From positions 248,001 through 312,000 of the IMG/VR virus record IMGVR_UViG_3300027985_000918: DNA of 64,000 nucleotides, one strand, 5' to 3'. The position numbers were made by a program, and so were the translations under genes. Under the pieces are notes generated by a model. It made no database searches and was not told the origin of the DNA. It saw only the letters and a list, made by a program, of their open reading frames with translations. Position 1 is the first letter of the stretch. Each line of letters opens with the position of its first letter. Shown here piece by piece: positions 20,101-29,496 of this stretch.

Positions 20101-23100
20101 CGCTGCCCGTGCAAATGGTCCCGAGAGGTCCCACATCCGACGACGGAATAGCGGAAAACTTGATGTCCGTGGCCCCTACGTTAGCATCCAGGATGCCCTC
20201 GAAGGCCACCGCCTTGATGGATCCCCCGACAGGAGAGGACCACGTCCCCCCCGCCAACTCGTTTGCGATGTCGGCGGCCGTCTTTCCAATGAATGTCAGT
20301 GGTGCCCCCCCGTTGACATTCCGGTTGATAGTGGACGACACCCCCGCCACGCAAGTGACCTCCTGCACCAGCAGGTCAGTCTCCAAACTGGTCGAGGAAC
20401 CCGGATGGGGATGCACACTTCCCCGAAGGCGAGCCTTGCGGAAGTCGATGACTTCATGGAAGGTTAGGCGGTCCTCGTCAATGTAAGCCGTGTCGCTTTC
20501 ACCCCGGGGGGCCGCCCAACCGTTGTACGTGTCGATGTCGATCGCTACGTCGTACTCGTACTTCAGGGCTCGGCGGTATCCCGCTGCCAGAGGGTTGAGC
20601 TGGGTGTACGGGACGAACCATGTCGAAGTGCTGTCCCCCGCCATCGGGGTGACCACCAAACGGAGGCCTCCCGTGTTCTCCGTCACCACCAGCTCACCCA
20701 CGTCACCGGGATGGTTCGCTTGAAGCCCCACCAAGTCCCCCACCGCACTGGCAACCGCCGAGATATTCAAGGGGGCCGCTGCCTGGATGAGAGCCTGGGA
20801 AGCAGGGTCATTGATCGCTGCCGCCAGGCTGGTGGCGGTAGCGATGGCTGACCCCGAACCGGCCACGTCGTCAAATTGCTGGAGGGCTGCCACGGCGCCG
20901 CCGTTGACCGCAGTGAACACAACTCCGCTGATCACAACCTGGTCACCGGCAGCACATCCGGGCAACACCTGCACAGAGCCCTGGGCCACAGGAAGACCCA
21001 GAAGAAGGTGGTCCATGAGGGAGCCCACGGATGCCCCAGTGATGACGATGTGGCGGTTTTGCTCGAAGGGCGCCCCCAAAGGAGCAGGGTCCGTCGTGCC
21101 AAAAACCGCCGAGAGCCCCAGGGCAGTAAGCCCTGGGAGCCCAGAGACCGTCTCCGTGACGGTCACATCCGTCCCCTGAATCACAATGCGGAACAACTCG
21201 TCCCCACCGTTCGGCATCGGGTTTCCGCTGGGGGTGTTCGTGATGAGGACATCATCACGGGCCAGGAACCTGACCGTGATTTTGTTGTTGGCCTTGGCCC
21301 CCGCTGCCGACCAGATGCTGTTCAGGTTGCCGGTCCCCGCCGCCGTCCCGTCGTTCAGGGCGAGCTGGGTGATGGAGCTGAAGTCCAGGACGAGAGTGTC
21401 GGTGACAGCATCCCCATTCGAGTCGTACTCGTACAGGAGGCATCCGCTGACGGGATCGTTCTGGGGGTCATCCCCTACGTACCCATCCACATGGACGATG
21501 GCGTTATTGAGGATGTACCTCACAGGAGAGCCCGTAGGGCCTCCTGGGGCCACCGGAGGCGTGGTCTGAGTGACGAACCGGGGTGGCTCAAGGAACGCAA
21601 CACCGGCGGCAGGAGAGGCCACTGCGGCCACGTTCAGCAGACCCTCGGCCCCCACGGGGACAGTCCCCTGGCCCACCTCCATCAACAGGAGGTCATAGGG
21701 ACGCAGGGCCTCTTCCCCCACCCCGGCCGGGAAGGGGTCCACACCAGCCATGAGCACGCCCGCCTCTTTCGTGGCGGGTCCTCCCTGGAAGGGGGTCCCC
21801 ACGTCTGCGAAGTTGTTGCCCGAGGTGTCCAAGATCTCGCCGTCGTTGCCGACGATCTCGTCAGGGTAGATGTACGTCCCGCCGCTCTGAGCGAACACCC
21901 CGAACAGGTTGGACATCACCGAGGCGTCGCCCAGACGGTCCAACTCCGTGTTCCCAGACCTCAGGTACGGGATGGCGTAGTCCCCATCGTCGTCCGTGGA
22001 CCCCCCCAGCAGTGCGGGGAACTCCAGAGGGAGGGTACGGTCGTACACGAACTCGACAGGGCCCTCCAGGGGGCTCAGCGGCCTCGGAGCCTTCTGGCCG
22101 AAGATCTCTTTAAGGCCAAAGAAGTAAGGATCATCGAAGCTGGGCAGGGTCGTGTCCACGATCCTCCCATCGGGCTTCACTGAGAAATCGAACCCATTAC
22201 GGAAGATGTCGATGGCCGACCCCATCTCACGCAGCTCGGCAATAGTCGGGGGGTCCGAGATTTCTACCCCTTTCCCAAGTGTCGGAGAAACGTAAATGGT
22301 GTCCCCCTGCTCCAGGGGGAACTCGTGGAGAGGAGTACCGAGAATTCCCTCGGTGCCCACCAGGATGTTGTTCGGATTGTCCAGGAGGGTACCGGAGCTG
22401 TCTGCAAATCGGATGAGGCACCCGAATTGCACATCATAGACATGCAGAGTGTCGAGTACGGGGGTTCCGAACACCGACAACAGACTGACGTTCTGTCCGA
22501 TGTGCGTGCTGCCGTCAGGCTGTCCCCAGAAGATCTGGTCCCCGGTCACGAAACCTGGGAGGGCCAGTTCGGGATCCCCAGCCTCAGCATCCGCCAGATC
22601 TCCACCTTGGGAGATGAGCCGACTCACGTCGAGAAGCCCCGACTCTGGGCTCACCGGAACCTCAGACAGGGGGAGCTGGGTGACGATCATGCAGGGTTCG
22701 ACGATGTCCGCTGCGGGAACCCCCACATCAAAAGCGTCCTGGAGGATGCCGTCCGGGAAGTACCCCCAAACCCTCGCCCTTGCCCGGCGAGGACGGAGTG
22801 CCGAGTCCGAAATGTTCGTGATGCCCCCCAGGACGGGGTTGCTCACCAAACCGATCTCCGATCCCGTCGTTCGCTTGATGCCGCCGTCGATGCTGCGACC
22901 ATAGGTATAGATGCCGGGATCTCCCGTGGCTTCATCTGCCCCAATACCCGGATAGGTTAGGAAAAACGCCTTGGCTTGAGTGGGGAACAGGCGGCTCAGG
23001 AAGTGGCTGGAGGACATCCTCTTGAAGTCCACCCCTCCCTGAAGGGAGAAGTACGGGTACACGGGGAGTAGCTTGATGCGGGGCCTTCGCTTGGATGCTG

Positions 23101-26100
23101 CCACCCGATCATCCACGTCGTTGGTCACCAGCATCCGCTGGTGGTCCATCAACCACTGAAGACGGTCGGCATCGGGGTACGGCCCACCCAGCACACCGTC
23201 CACCAGAGTTGCCGCCGTGGGCTCTACCAGGTTGTCAGTCTCCAAGAAGATAAGATCGTTCGAGGGGTCCGCCTCATTGACCACCATGCTCCACAGGTTC
23301 TTAGGCTGCAACACCCCGGTGATCTCATCCTCGTAGCCCGGGGTGGGCCACTCCAACCCCCGACCCACAAAGAACCGGAATTTGCCGTCCTTGTCCCCGA
23401 CGAAGCGTCCGTCGATAGTCTCGGTGATCTGCTCGAAAGCCATGATGGCCTGGTTGTAGTAGTCCAAAAGCACCCGGGCGGCCCGATCTTTGTCCACCAG
23501 GTGGCGGCGCTCCCAGATGAGGCTAGTGTTGCCCTTGTCCCAGTTTTCCTCCCCCTGAGTAGTCGTGGTGAGGGATCCCTTCCCCGCCTGATTGGCCTGA
23601 GCTTCCTTGACCGCCTCCCGAATTGCCTCTGCAAGGAAACTCGTTAGAGTGGGAATGCGGAAGTAGTACGTATCCGGGCTGCGGAAGCTGTATGTGGCCT
23701 GAAGCAGGCCTCCCAGGAGCCCATTGTCCCGATCCGGCAGCGTGTTGTACAGGTAGGTGGCGAACCCCCGGGGCTCTACCACCACTCCATCTTGCACGGT
23801 AGGGCTGAGGGTACGAAGACGGGTGTGGCTCAGGATGAGCTTCTGCCCAGGACCCAAGGGGGCCTGAACCGGCTCCAGCAGCTCAACCACTCCCGTAGTG
23901 GGATCCAGGCTGTACTCGATGTTGGGGATGAGGGTCCGACCCGGCAACTCGTTGCCGTTGACGTCCGTCTCCCCGAAAAGCACCAACTCATACCCCTCGG
24001 TGTCCACCAGCGGGCCGAGGGGGAGGAACGTCCGCACCCCCGGCGGATAGAGCGGCCGGTAGCTCAGTTTGACCGTGGAGACGTTGTCCATCGAAAGGCC
24101 CGTCTCCACTGGGGCGGTGAGCGTGATCTTGGTGTACGTGCCCTCGGGGTTCAGTTCCGCACTGGCGATGGTGAACGGGTAGCCCCCGATCTCCAGGATG
24201 TGCCCGGCGATGGCAAACTGAGTGAGGTTGCCACGGAAGTTGATGGTCTTCTGTCCCTTATTGACGGGCTCGAACGGAAACTCCGATAGAGGGACCGCTT
24301 GCATAAATCCTGCAGGGGCACTGGTCGTGACGGGATTAGTCCCGTCGGGGTCCACCGCAGTAGTAACGGGCCCTGCCGAAATGACCGTCAGGACATCGTG
24401 ACCAGGGGAACGGGTTCCGACCTCTCGGGAGGTCGGGGGGAAAATGTGAACCTTCGTGACATTCCCCGCCTTGACGATGGGCTTGACGGGGTTCAACGGG
24501 TTCCGTTCTTCCAGAGGGGTCGTCCGAGGCGGGAAGTATTCGACCGCCTTCACATAGAAGCAGTTTGCCCCCAAACGGATGAGCTGCCCCGGAAAGAAGT
24601 CTGCCAGTCGGTTTCCCTGGAGCCCAAAGCTATCCACCCCTGCCTTGAGGAAGAAGGGTGGGCGGTACACCGGAGCCGAAGACACGGTATAGGACCGCTC
24701 CCCCCCGTTGGCCTCCAGAACGGCGTAGCTCACCTGGACCGGGACGTGATCCGGAATGGTCTTGGAGAGGAACGTGATCTTGAACGGGTCTCCCGGATCA
24801 TCGGGGGACTCCAGGATGTAATCGTCCCCCTGGAAGTTCTGGATCATGGCCCCGATGAACACCGTGGGATCGATACGGGTGTCCACAGTCCGGCTGTCGG
24901 TGTTGAACGTGAACGTGAAATGGTTGACCCGAGTCGCTTCGGTCTTGGTAACGAAGACCGGCAGGAACTCTTCGACCAGTTCACCCTCCTTGCGCCCTTC
25001 CATGTCAGCCTGGTAGTACCGCACCTCCACCGACTGGAGTGCCTGAAGGGGCTGCTGGAACCCCACGGTGCCTGCAATGGGATTCAAAGACACGTCGAGG
25101 CCATTCTCCGTGATCATCTGCTCGACGAAGTACACCCTCTTTCCGGCATGGGAGATCTGATCAGCACTCCCAATGTTCAGCAGCCCCGAATCCGGGTTGT
25201 ACTCGGCCATCCCGGAAACCATGTCAGCAGAAGCCCGGAACTCTTCCTGGTAGGTAACCCGAGCTTTGGCGTACCTGCTCAGCAGATCATCTGCGAACTT
25301 GATTCTCCCTGCGGGGTCCACCCCCACAGACTGAGTCAGTACCTCGACAGCCCCAGCCGGAACAGGGTCCGAAAAAACCCCGACATGAACAGGGGTGAAC
25401 TTATCCGCCCCAACCCGCAGGGAATACCGGATGCCCGTGAACCTGGTGGATCCCACCCCGGGGACATCCAGAAGGTTGTTTGCGATAGCCCCCAGAACCT
25501 CCCGGCTAAGAGGCGTCAGGATGGCCGAGTTCGTTCCGTCATCATGGGCCAAACCAAACCGGATGGAAATCACCCTCCCTCGGGAGACTGCCCCCTCTAC
25601 ATTGGCGGTGAGGGCCCCTCCCACAAATCCCAGAGGAGAAAGTACGTTGACCTTAAACGGCTCATCGGGAAGGTGGCTGAAGTTCTGGTACACCTGGTCG
25701 GCTACCACCGCCGGGTCGTACACGTCCTCCGAATACCCCCGGTACAGCTCCCACGGAATGGCCTGAAGGGCTTGCGCCAGGAAGGGGGGCTTTACTCCCA
25801 ACTCCGTCCCGCTGCTCACGGATTCCACAAGGTAGGAGCCCGCCTCATCCCCGGACAGGAGCTTAAGGCGATAACCCTCTCGGACAACAGGAAGGTAGAC
25901 TGCGGCACCCCCGGAGAATAGGGGATTTCCTTCCGTGTCCGTGGCCTGCTCTTCCGACGGCTCCAGGAAGTTGGCCGCCGGGTCCGTGAACAGGCTCCCC
26001 CCCGCAGAGTAGGCCCCCCTTCCCCCGAACAAAGCCAGGTCCCCGTACCTCGTAATGAGCACGGCGTTTCCTGGGATCCCGTCGTTGGGGAGCAGGTAAT

Positions 26101-28888
26101 CCTCACCCAACACCTGAAACGAGAACGCCCCCCCCTCGGACACCAGGAGCCCCCCTCCGATCCCTGGAGCATTCAGCAACGAGTTGCCGATGACGGAAGC
26201 AGATCCCAGGTCGATAGTTGTTGTAGGTTGCTGGAAAGTCGTGCTCAGAGAGCCTTCGGCCAGCCACAGGAAACGGCGCTCTGCGAAGTCGTGGAGGATG
26301 TCTTCGTAGTGAATGAGGGGCTTGTTGACTACCACCACCCCGTCCGGGTCTTCAATGGCGGTGACCAGGTTGAAGAACACCCCGTCCGAGTAACCCGCCA
26401 CATCTTGGAGGGGCGGATTCTGAAAGAACACGAAGGGGCCGGGCTGGACGGACTCCTGGACGATGGCGTCTTCGATACGGTCGAACGCCTTGAAATCGGG
26501 AATCCCTTTGGCCCTCCCCCGGTTCCTGGGACTGCGGTACAGCCCCAGGGCAACCCCGGAATCAGGTAGCCAGTTGTCCACTCCGCCCTGCGCCCGCCAA
26601 CCCGGAAGGAACCCGAGCTTGGCTGCCCCGGACAGATCCTTCACTGGCCCGCCCCATCCAACCTCCACCGTCCCCGTCGCCGGATCCCCCGCCTCCAGAA
26701 CGACCGACCCGTTGGAGGCATAGGCCCTACCCGTCCCAGAGATTGCGGCATTGATCGAATCAGCCACTTCCTCCGGGGTGAAGTAGTCCTTGTCTGGGTA
26801 GGCAGTCAACAGGGTGTTCGAGTTCCAAGAGTATCCCGACCCGTCGGTGCTGAAGTACAGCACCTCACCCCCCTCGAACCGGAACACAAACCGGGTCTTG
26901 GAGTACAAGCGGGCGGCCGTCGTGTGGGCAGAAGGCGTCAGGCTGGCCTGGAGGAAATAGGCAGCGTCGGCTCCTTTCTCCTTGAGGTCTGCACGGCTCA
27001 TCTTGAGCACCGACCCCAGACCATCGGAGAACTCACGGGAGATGTAGCAGACCCCCTTGGGGATGCTATGGGAGGTCGAGGGGAGGTCATCCTCCCGGTC
27101 CACCACCACCACCGACATGGCACCCTTGCGGGTGAACACGATGGTGTCCCCTACCGTGTCCTCCACCTGACGGATTCGTCCTTTGGCGTTAGCAGCAAAC
27201 GTATCGCCTCCAGGACGAACATCGGCCGGCGCCCCAGAACCCGCGGGGGCGACCCCTGTGCCGTCGGGGAAATCCATGACCCCCGAAACACCCAACCCCC
27301 GCTGCGGGCTGTTGAGAACGAACTCGTCGGGAAGGACGACAGCATCCGGGATGTACAGCTTCCCGCTGTTCTCCACAACCTGGGCGGGGGCCGTAGTGGG
27401 CTGAGGAAGGCCCGACAGACTGAGGCCGTCGTACACCACTTTGGCACCCAGATAATGCTTGTCGAACCGATCGGAGTCCGGATCCGTACTCCCCACCAGC
27501 CCCGGGGAGAACAGCAGCTTCCCTGTGGACAAAGATACCCCCACCTGGCCATCCGGCATCAACAAACCGGACAGCTCGGCGTCGTCCTCGACCAGGATGG
27601 GGGTCAAATACTTGCGTGACCCCACTCGGAGGAGGGGCCTATCCGTGGGAGACGGGATGGGGGTGATGAACAGAGTGTCGTGCGGGCTCAATTCCCCAAT
27701 GACGCCCGTACTTTCCGGAGCAAAATCACGATTGACGTACCAGACAGTCTTCCCGGCGTGCAGCTCGACGTAGGACGGGTTAAACACCAGCATCCCGTTG
27801 GTTAGGCCAACGACTCCGATGAGCTGGGGCTCCAGGGAGAAGTCAAAGCCTTCCTCCACCTGCTTGTCCAGGCGTACCCCGATCCCCAGAAAACTCCCGT
27901 CGGGGCCTGCTGCGGTACTGAGCCCATCCGGAGAGGACCCCAGACGGATCATGGCGTAGCTGTCAGAGACTGCCCCATTCCCGGGCAGGAAAAAACCGTT
28001 CTTGAGCCCCCTCGGTTTGGGGGATAGCTGGTAGACCTGATCGAACTCCAGACGGCCGAGGTCCCTCGGGGCATTGCCCTTGTACGGCTCCCAACGCTGG
28101 TTCTGCCCGTTCCACCCAAACCTAACTTGGTAACGATCGTTCCTGGTCCAGTAGAACCGGGGAGCAGCAATGGTGTACCGCACCTCGATGACTGTATCAC
28201 CTCGGGCTACACTGAGACCCCCCCCGAGGGCCGTAGAGATGTCACTCGCTACCAGACCGGATCCGGTAGGCCTGAAGATGTTGTCGTCCGTGAGGGTGAC
28301 CAAACCTGAGGAGGGGTCCGAATCCCCTCCCTGAGGCTGAACTACCAGGTATGGGATGTTTCCCTTGCGTCCGGAAGTAGGGTTCTCAGCATCCACCCAG
28401 CCGGCGTCGTCGTACTCCACATCCCCCCGGGCCACTACCAGGAACAGGATGCTCCCGATGCTGCGGAACCCATCGTCCTTGACGACGGCCTTTAGGGTCC
28501 CGTCTACCTGAGTCCCATACCCCGAAGGGATAGGCTGACCCTCGGGCCACGGATCCGGGTCATTGTCCGTGACCGTCAGGGAACCTTGGGGGATGATCCC
28601 CTCTCCCGTATCTACCCACCAGGCGGGGTCGTCGATAAGGGAGAGATTGGATGTGTTCTCCGCCCAGAACATGTACTCGACAGGGGTACTACCGGGGGAA
28701 TTGAGCACGGCCGTGCGGTACTGGTCCGCACGCACGTCCGCAAAGTCGGGGGCACCCAGAGTGTAGTCTGGCGGAAGGTCATCGGAAAGGGCACGGACGA
28801 CTCCACTGTCTGCGTCAGCCGTCTCGGGAGAGTTCGTCGGCGCAGACCGGGGGGGCCGGAGGACGTATCCTGAGAAGTCAAAACCCAT
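17186..28888 (-). CDS. Giant (3900 aa) virion structural protein, probably baseplate-associated
   Basis: Uninterrupted 11.7-kb ORF, Gly/Val/Asp/Pro-rich, located between spike and wedge genes. Confidence 0.8.
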   Translation of the reverse strand: MGFDFSGYVLRPPRSAPTNSPETADADSGVVRALSDDLPPDYTLGAPDFADVRADQYRTAVLNSPGSTPVEYMFWAENTSNLSLIDDPAWWVDTGEGIIPQGSLTVTDNDPDPWPEGQPIPSGYGTQVDGTLKAVVKDDGFRSIGSILFLVVARGDVEYDDAGWVDAENPTSGRKGNIPYLVVQPQGGDSDPSSGLVTLTDDNIFRPTGSGLVASDISTALGGGLSVARGDTVIEVRYTIAAPRFYWTRNDRYQVRFGWNGQNQRWEPYKGNAPRDLGRLEFDQVYQLSPKPRGLKNGFFLPGNGAVSDSYAMIRLGSSPDGLSTAAGPDGSFLGIGVRLDKQVEEGFDFSLEPQLIGVVGLTNGMLVFNPSYVELHAGKTVWYVNRDFAPESTGVIGELSPHDTLFITPIPSPTDRPLLRVGSRKYLTPILVEDDAELSGLLMPDGQVGVSLSTGKLLFSPGLVGSTDPDSDRFDKHYLGAKVVYDGLSLSGLPQPTTAPAQVVENSGKLYIPDAVVLPDEFVLNSPQRGLGVSGVMDFPDGTGVAPAGSGAPADVRPGGDTFAANAKGRIRQVEDTVGDTIVFTRKGAMSVVVVDREDDLPSTSHSIPKGVCYISREFSDGLGSVLKMSRADLKEKGADAAYFLQASLTPSAHTTAARLYSKTRFVFRFEGGEVLYFSTDGSGYSWNSNTLLTAYPDKDYFTPEEVADSINAAISGTGRAYASNGSVVLEAGDPATGTVEVGWGGPVKDLSGAAKLGFLPGWRAQGGVDNWLPDSGVALGLYRSPRNRGRAKGIPDFKAFDRIEDAIVQESVQPGPFVFFQNPPLQDVAGYSDGVFFNLVTAIEDPDGVVVVNKPLIHYEDILHDFAERRFLWLAEGSLSTTFQQPTTTIDLGSASVIGNSLLNAPGIGGGLLVSEGGAFSFQVLGEDYLLPNDGIPGNAVLITRYGDLALFGGRGAYSAGGSLFTDPAANFLEPSEEQATDTEGNPLFSGGAAVYLPVVREGYRLKLLSGDEAGSYLVESVSSGTELGVKPPFLAQALQAIPWELYRGYSEDVYDPAVVADQVYQNFSHLPDEPFKVNVLSPLGFVGGALTANVEGAVSRGRVISIRFGLAHDDGTNSAILTPLSREVLGAIANNLLDVPGVGSTRFTGIRYSLRVGADKFTPVHVGVFSDPVPAGAVEVLTQSVGVDPAGRIKFADDLLSRYAKARVTYQEEFRASADMVSGMAEYNPDSGLLNIGSADQISHAGKRVYFVEQMITENGLDVSLNPIAGTVGFQQPLQALQSVEVRYYQADMEGRKEGELVEEFLPVFVTKTEATRVNHFTFTFNTDSRTVDTRIDPTVFIGAMIQNFQGDDYILESPDDPGDPFKITFLSKTIPDHVPVQVSYAVLEANGGERSYTVSSAPVYRPPFFLKAGVDSFGLQGNRLADFFPGQLIRLGANCFYVKAVEYFPPRTTPLEERNPLNPVKPIVKAGNVTKVHIFPPTSREVGTRSPGHDVLTVISAGPVTTAVDPDGTNPVTTSAPAGFMQAVPLSEFPFEPVNKGQKTINFRGNLTQFAIAGHILEIGGYPFTIASAELNPEGTYTKITLTAPVETGLSMDNVSTVKLSYRPLYPPGVRTFLPLGPLVDTEGYELVLFGETDVNGNELPGRTLIPNIEYSLDPTTGVVELLEPVQAPLGPGQKLILSHTRLRTLSPTVQDGVVVEPRGFATYLYNTLPDRDNGLLGGLLQATYSFRSPDTYYFRIPTLTSFLAEAIREAVKEAQANQAGKGSLTTTTQGEENWDKGNTSLIWERRHLVDKDRAARVLLDYYNQAIMAFEQITETIDGRFVGDKDGKFRFFVGRGLEWPTPGYEDEITGVLQPKNLWSMVVNEADPSNDLIFLETDNLVEPTAATLVDGVLGGPYPDADRLQWLMDHQRMLVTNDVDDRVAASKRRPRIKLLPVYPYFSLQGGVDFKRMSSSHFLSRLFPTQAKAFFLTYPGIGADEATGDPGIYTYGRSIDGGIKRTTGSEIGLVSNPVLGGITNISDSALRPRRARARVWGYFPDGILQDAFDVGVPAADIVEPCMIVTQLPLSEVPVSPESGLLDVSRLISQGGDLADAEAGDPELALPGFVTGDQIFWGQPDGSTHIGQNVSLLSVFGTPVLDTLHVYDVQFGCLIRFADSSGTLLDNPNNILVGTEGILGTPLHEFPLEQGDTIYVSPTLGKGVEISDPPTIAELREMGSAIDIFRNGFDFSVKPDGRIVDTTLPSFDDPYFFGLKEIFGQKAPRPLSPLEGPVEFVYDRTLPLEFPALLGGSTDDDGDYAIPYLRSGNTELDRLGDASVMSNLFGVFAQSGGTYIYPDEIVGNDGEILDTSGNNFADVGTPFQGGPATKEAGVLMAGVDPFPAGVGEEALRPYDLLLMEVGQGTVPVGAEGLLNVAAVASPAAGVAFLEPPRFVTQTTPPVAPGGPTGSPVRYILNNAIVHVDGYVGDDPQNDPVSGCLLYEYDSNGDAVTDTLVLDFSSITQLALNDGTAAGTGNLNSIWSAAGAKANNKITVRFLARDDVLITNTPSGNPMPNGGDELFRIVIQGTDVTVTETVSGLPGLTALGLSAVFGTTDPAPLGAPFEQNRHIVITGASVGSLMDHLLLGLPVAQGSVQVLPGCAAGDQVVISGVVFTAVNGGAVAALQQFDDVAGSGSAIATATSLAAAINDPASQALIQAAAPLNISAVASAVGDLVGLQANHPGDVGELVVTENTGGLRLVVTPMAGDSTSTWFVPYTQLNPLAAGYRRALKYEYDVAIDIDTYNGWAAPRGESDTAYIDEDRLTFHEVIDFRKARLRGSVHPHPGSSTSLETDLLVQEVTCVAGVSSTINRNVNGGAPLTFIGKTAADIANELAGGTWSSPVGGSIKAVAFEGILDANVGATDIKFSAIPSSDVGPLGTICTGSGFMESENNADLSAVQFTLVEGRVMDPTINSGALARVEPGDVLVVKRSNDGTHRACTKAGTYLVKHAVGENDAINHVLQVTLSCTAGGGSGWITEVYPRVVGWDSGTGVLTVTSTSRFPGVGNRVFICRDLTKLSAATAAEYAQALWSGNITFKTPTTFTLNDLRDATGTPVAATDLVNTTGLMVAGHDSLTVDVRGNGLPDSSSVVGHHSLTALQEVIHGFRLVTFEGPGGAVVTYDATAGQITDVGGGGAIEVAEAARVSANQFHADADPVVYAHVAGSIDLSAVPDLDWGSIYDPLGHSAGQWVAALLPNTVVYLGDPTGPTPGFWAQSGIFLEPSFPTPVNSYSFTQARLVERTAAPYPLVGVRDFSDYNSSGVPYANPESVQFEVRRIRRFHRLFNDLGDQFGPLRYAYEIRRGRITTYSTTAKQFGLVEADGFGMTYNADVVTAPLAPDVWNGGETGLLGTNLGPFNSVDVNIHAGDMFRLLDEDGALIEQVPIVGVLSEVELKLEAPGLQTPKATLEANGGMRFEIWLRQAPVPHEQSAEQLLELITFKEVTRTDADYATERGGYVEAVTADYDSVVNRMRDDKNTGSWASKGVLRGDIVILDPTPKIPQSGERGARPIGDVGAYISGGPQRTGYDPGEPNILDDNRGFYRVTDIDGATLVVDGTCTLAGARVGGTTTDVVFPENATYQPILGYSILPTISGSALTGDGREGQMDLRPTKVRETIGGYETYTGDTHSIRPFSYRIIRPSQLFSDEAVDLVLMNRERVLSWIQELRSIMGGRKDGTYWDFQNELHAHDVGLPNDPLDGLGVLGNVSVTSLIGQVNISPYLNSEDCLSILDRRFWVLDRRLDSLMPDTNIGCRTYDGVNPFPTAGDVDLAQPVGAYTSFSADANGGSSVRPVLPERVDIVLDIEDRFRPTRYAWLAYRTDTVRGTLQRIDLFDEELPKRLAEAERVARLEESVENAS

Positions 28889-28893
28889 GCGTT

Positions 28894-29490
28894 CTACACC
28901 ACCACCGAAGTCGTCAAGGTAACCCCGGCCGAAGGTCCGGGAACTCCTACCACACTACCAGTCCCAAACCCCAGAGCAACGCATCCTGCAATGCCATTGC
29001 CGAGCCCGACCGCCATCAAGGGCATGGCAATCCCCGGACCGCTCAAGGCTGCGAGGTTGGACTGGAGCAAAGCGATGAGGGTGGCGGGATTGGACACGAC
29101 CACCTTCGACACGTCTGCTCCCACACCTACTCCGGGGGAGACCCCCAGGTAGCTCCCTGAGAGGGTGAATGCGCTTGGAACAGCCGTGCCCACGATAGTT
29201 CCCAGGGACACCCCCAGCGGGCCCCCCAGTCCAGCGGACGCCAGGGCGCCGATGACGAGAGAAGGATTGGGAGGAACCACCAGCTTACCGGACGGAATGG
29301 TGCCGCCCCCCACAGTTCCGCTGGCAGTCCCTTGCAGGGCCACGTTCTGGGGCTGGCTGATTGCCCATCCTGCTACGCTCATGGCAATTCCGGCGGCGAG
29401 GCGGTCGAACTGAAGCCCCACCATCGGAAAAGGGCAGGCAGCACGGGCCGACTGGAGATTAGCCAGGAAGATGGAGGGGTTCAGAGGCAT
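28894..29490 (-). CDS. Gly/Ala/Val-rich hypothetical baseplate protein
   Basis: 198 aa, almost uncharged; directly follows the spike-like gene. Confidence 0.7.
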   Translation of the reverse strand: MPLNPSIFLANLQSARAACPFPMVGLQFDRLAAGIAMSVAGWAISQPQNVALQGTASGTVGGGTIPSGKLVVPPNPSLVIGALASAGLGGPLGVSLGTIVGTAVPSAFTLSGSYLGVSPGVGVGADVSKVVVSNPATLIALLQSNLAALSGPGIAMPLMAVGLGNGIAGCVALGFGTGSVVGVPGPSAGVTLTTSVVV

Positions 29491-29496
29491 GGTTCC

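Noticed and set aside
17876-20467. 863-aa plus-strand ORF (also 48194-50803, 24299-25921, 29512-30972, 35710-37251 and others)
   Set aside because: Antisense shadows of real minus-strand genes; high GC codon bias suppresses stops and the translations have no recognisable motifs.
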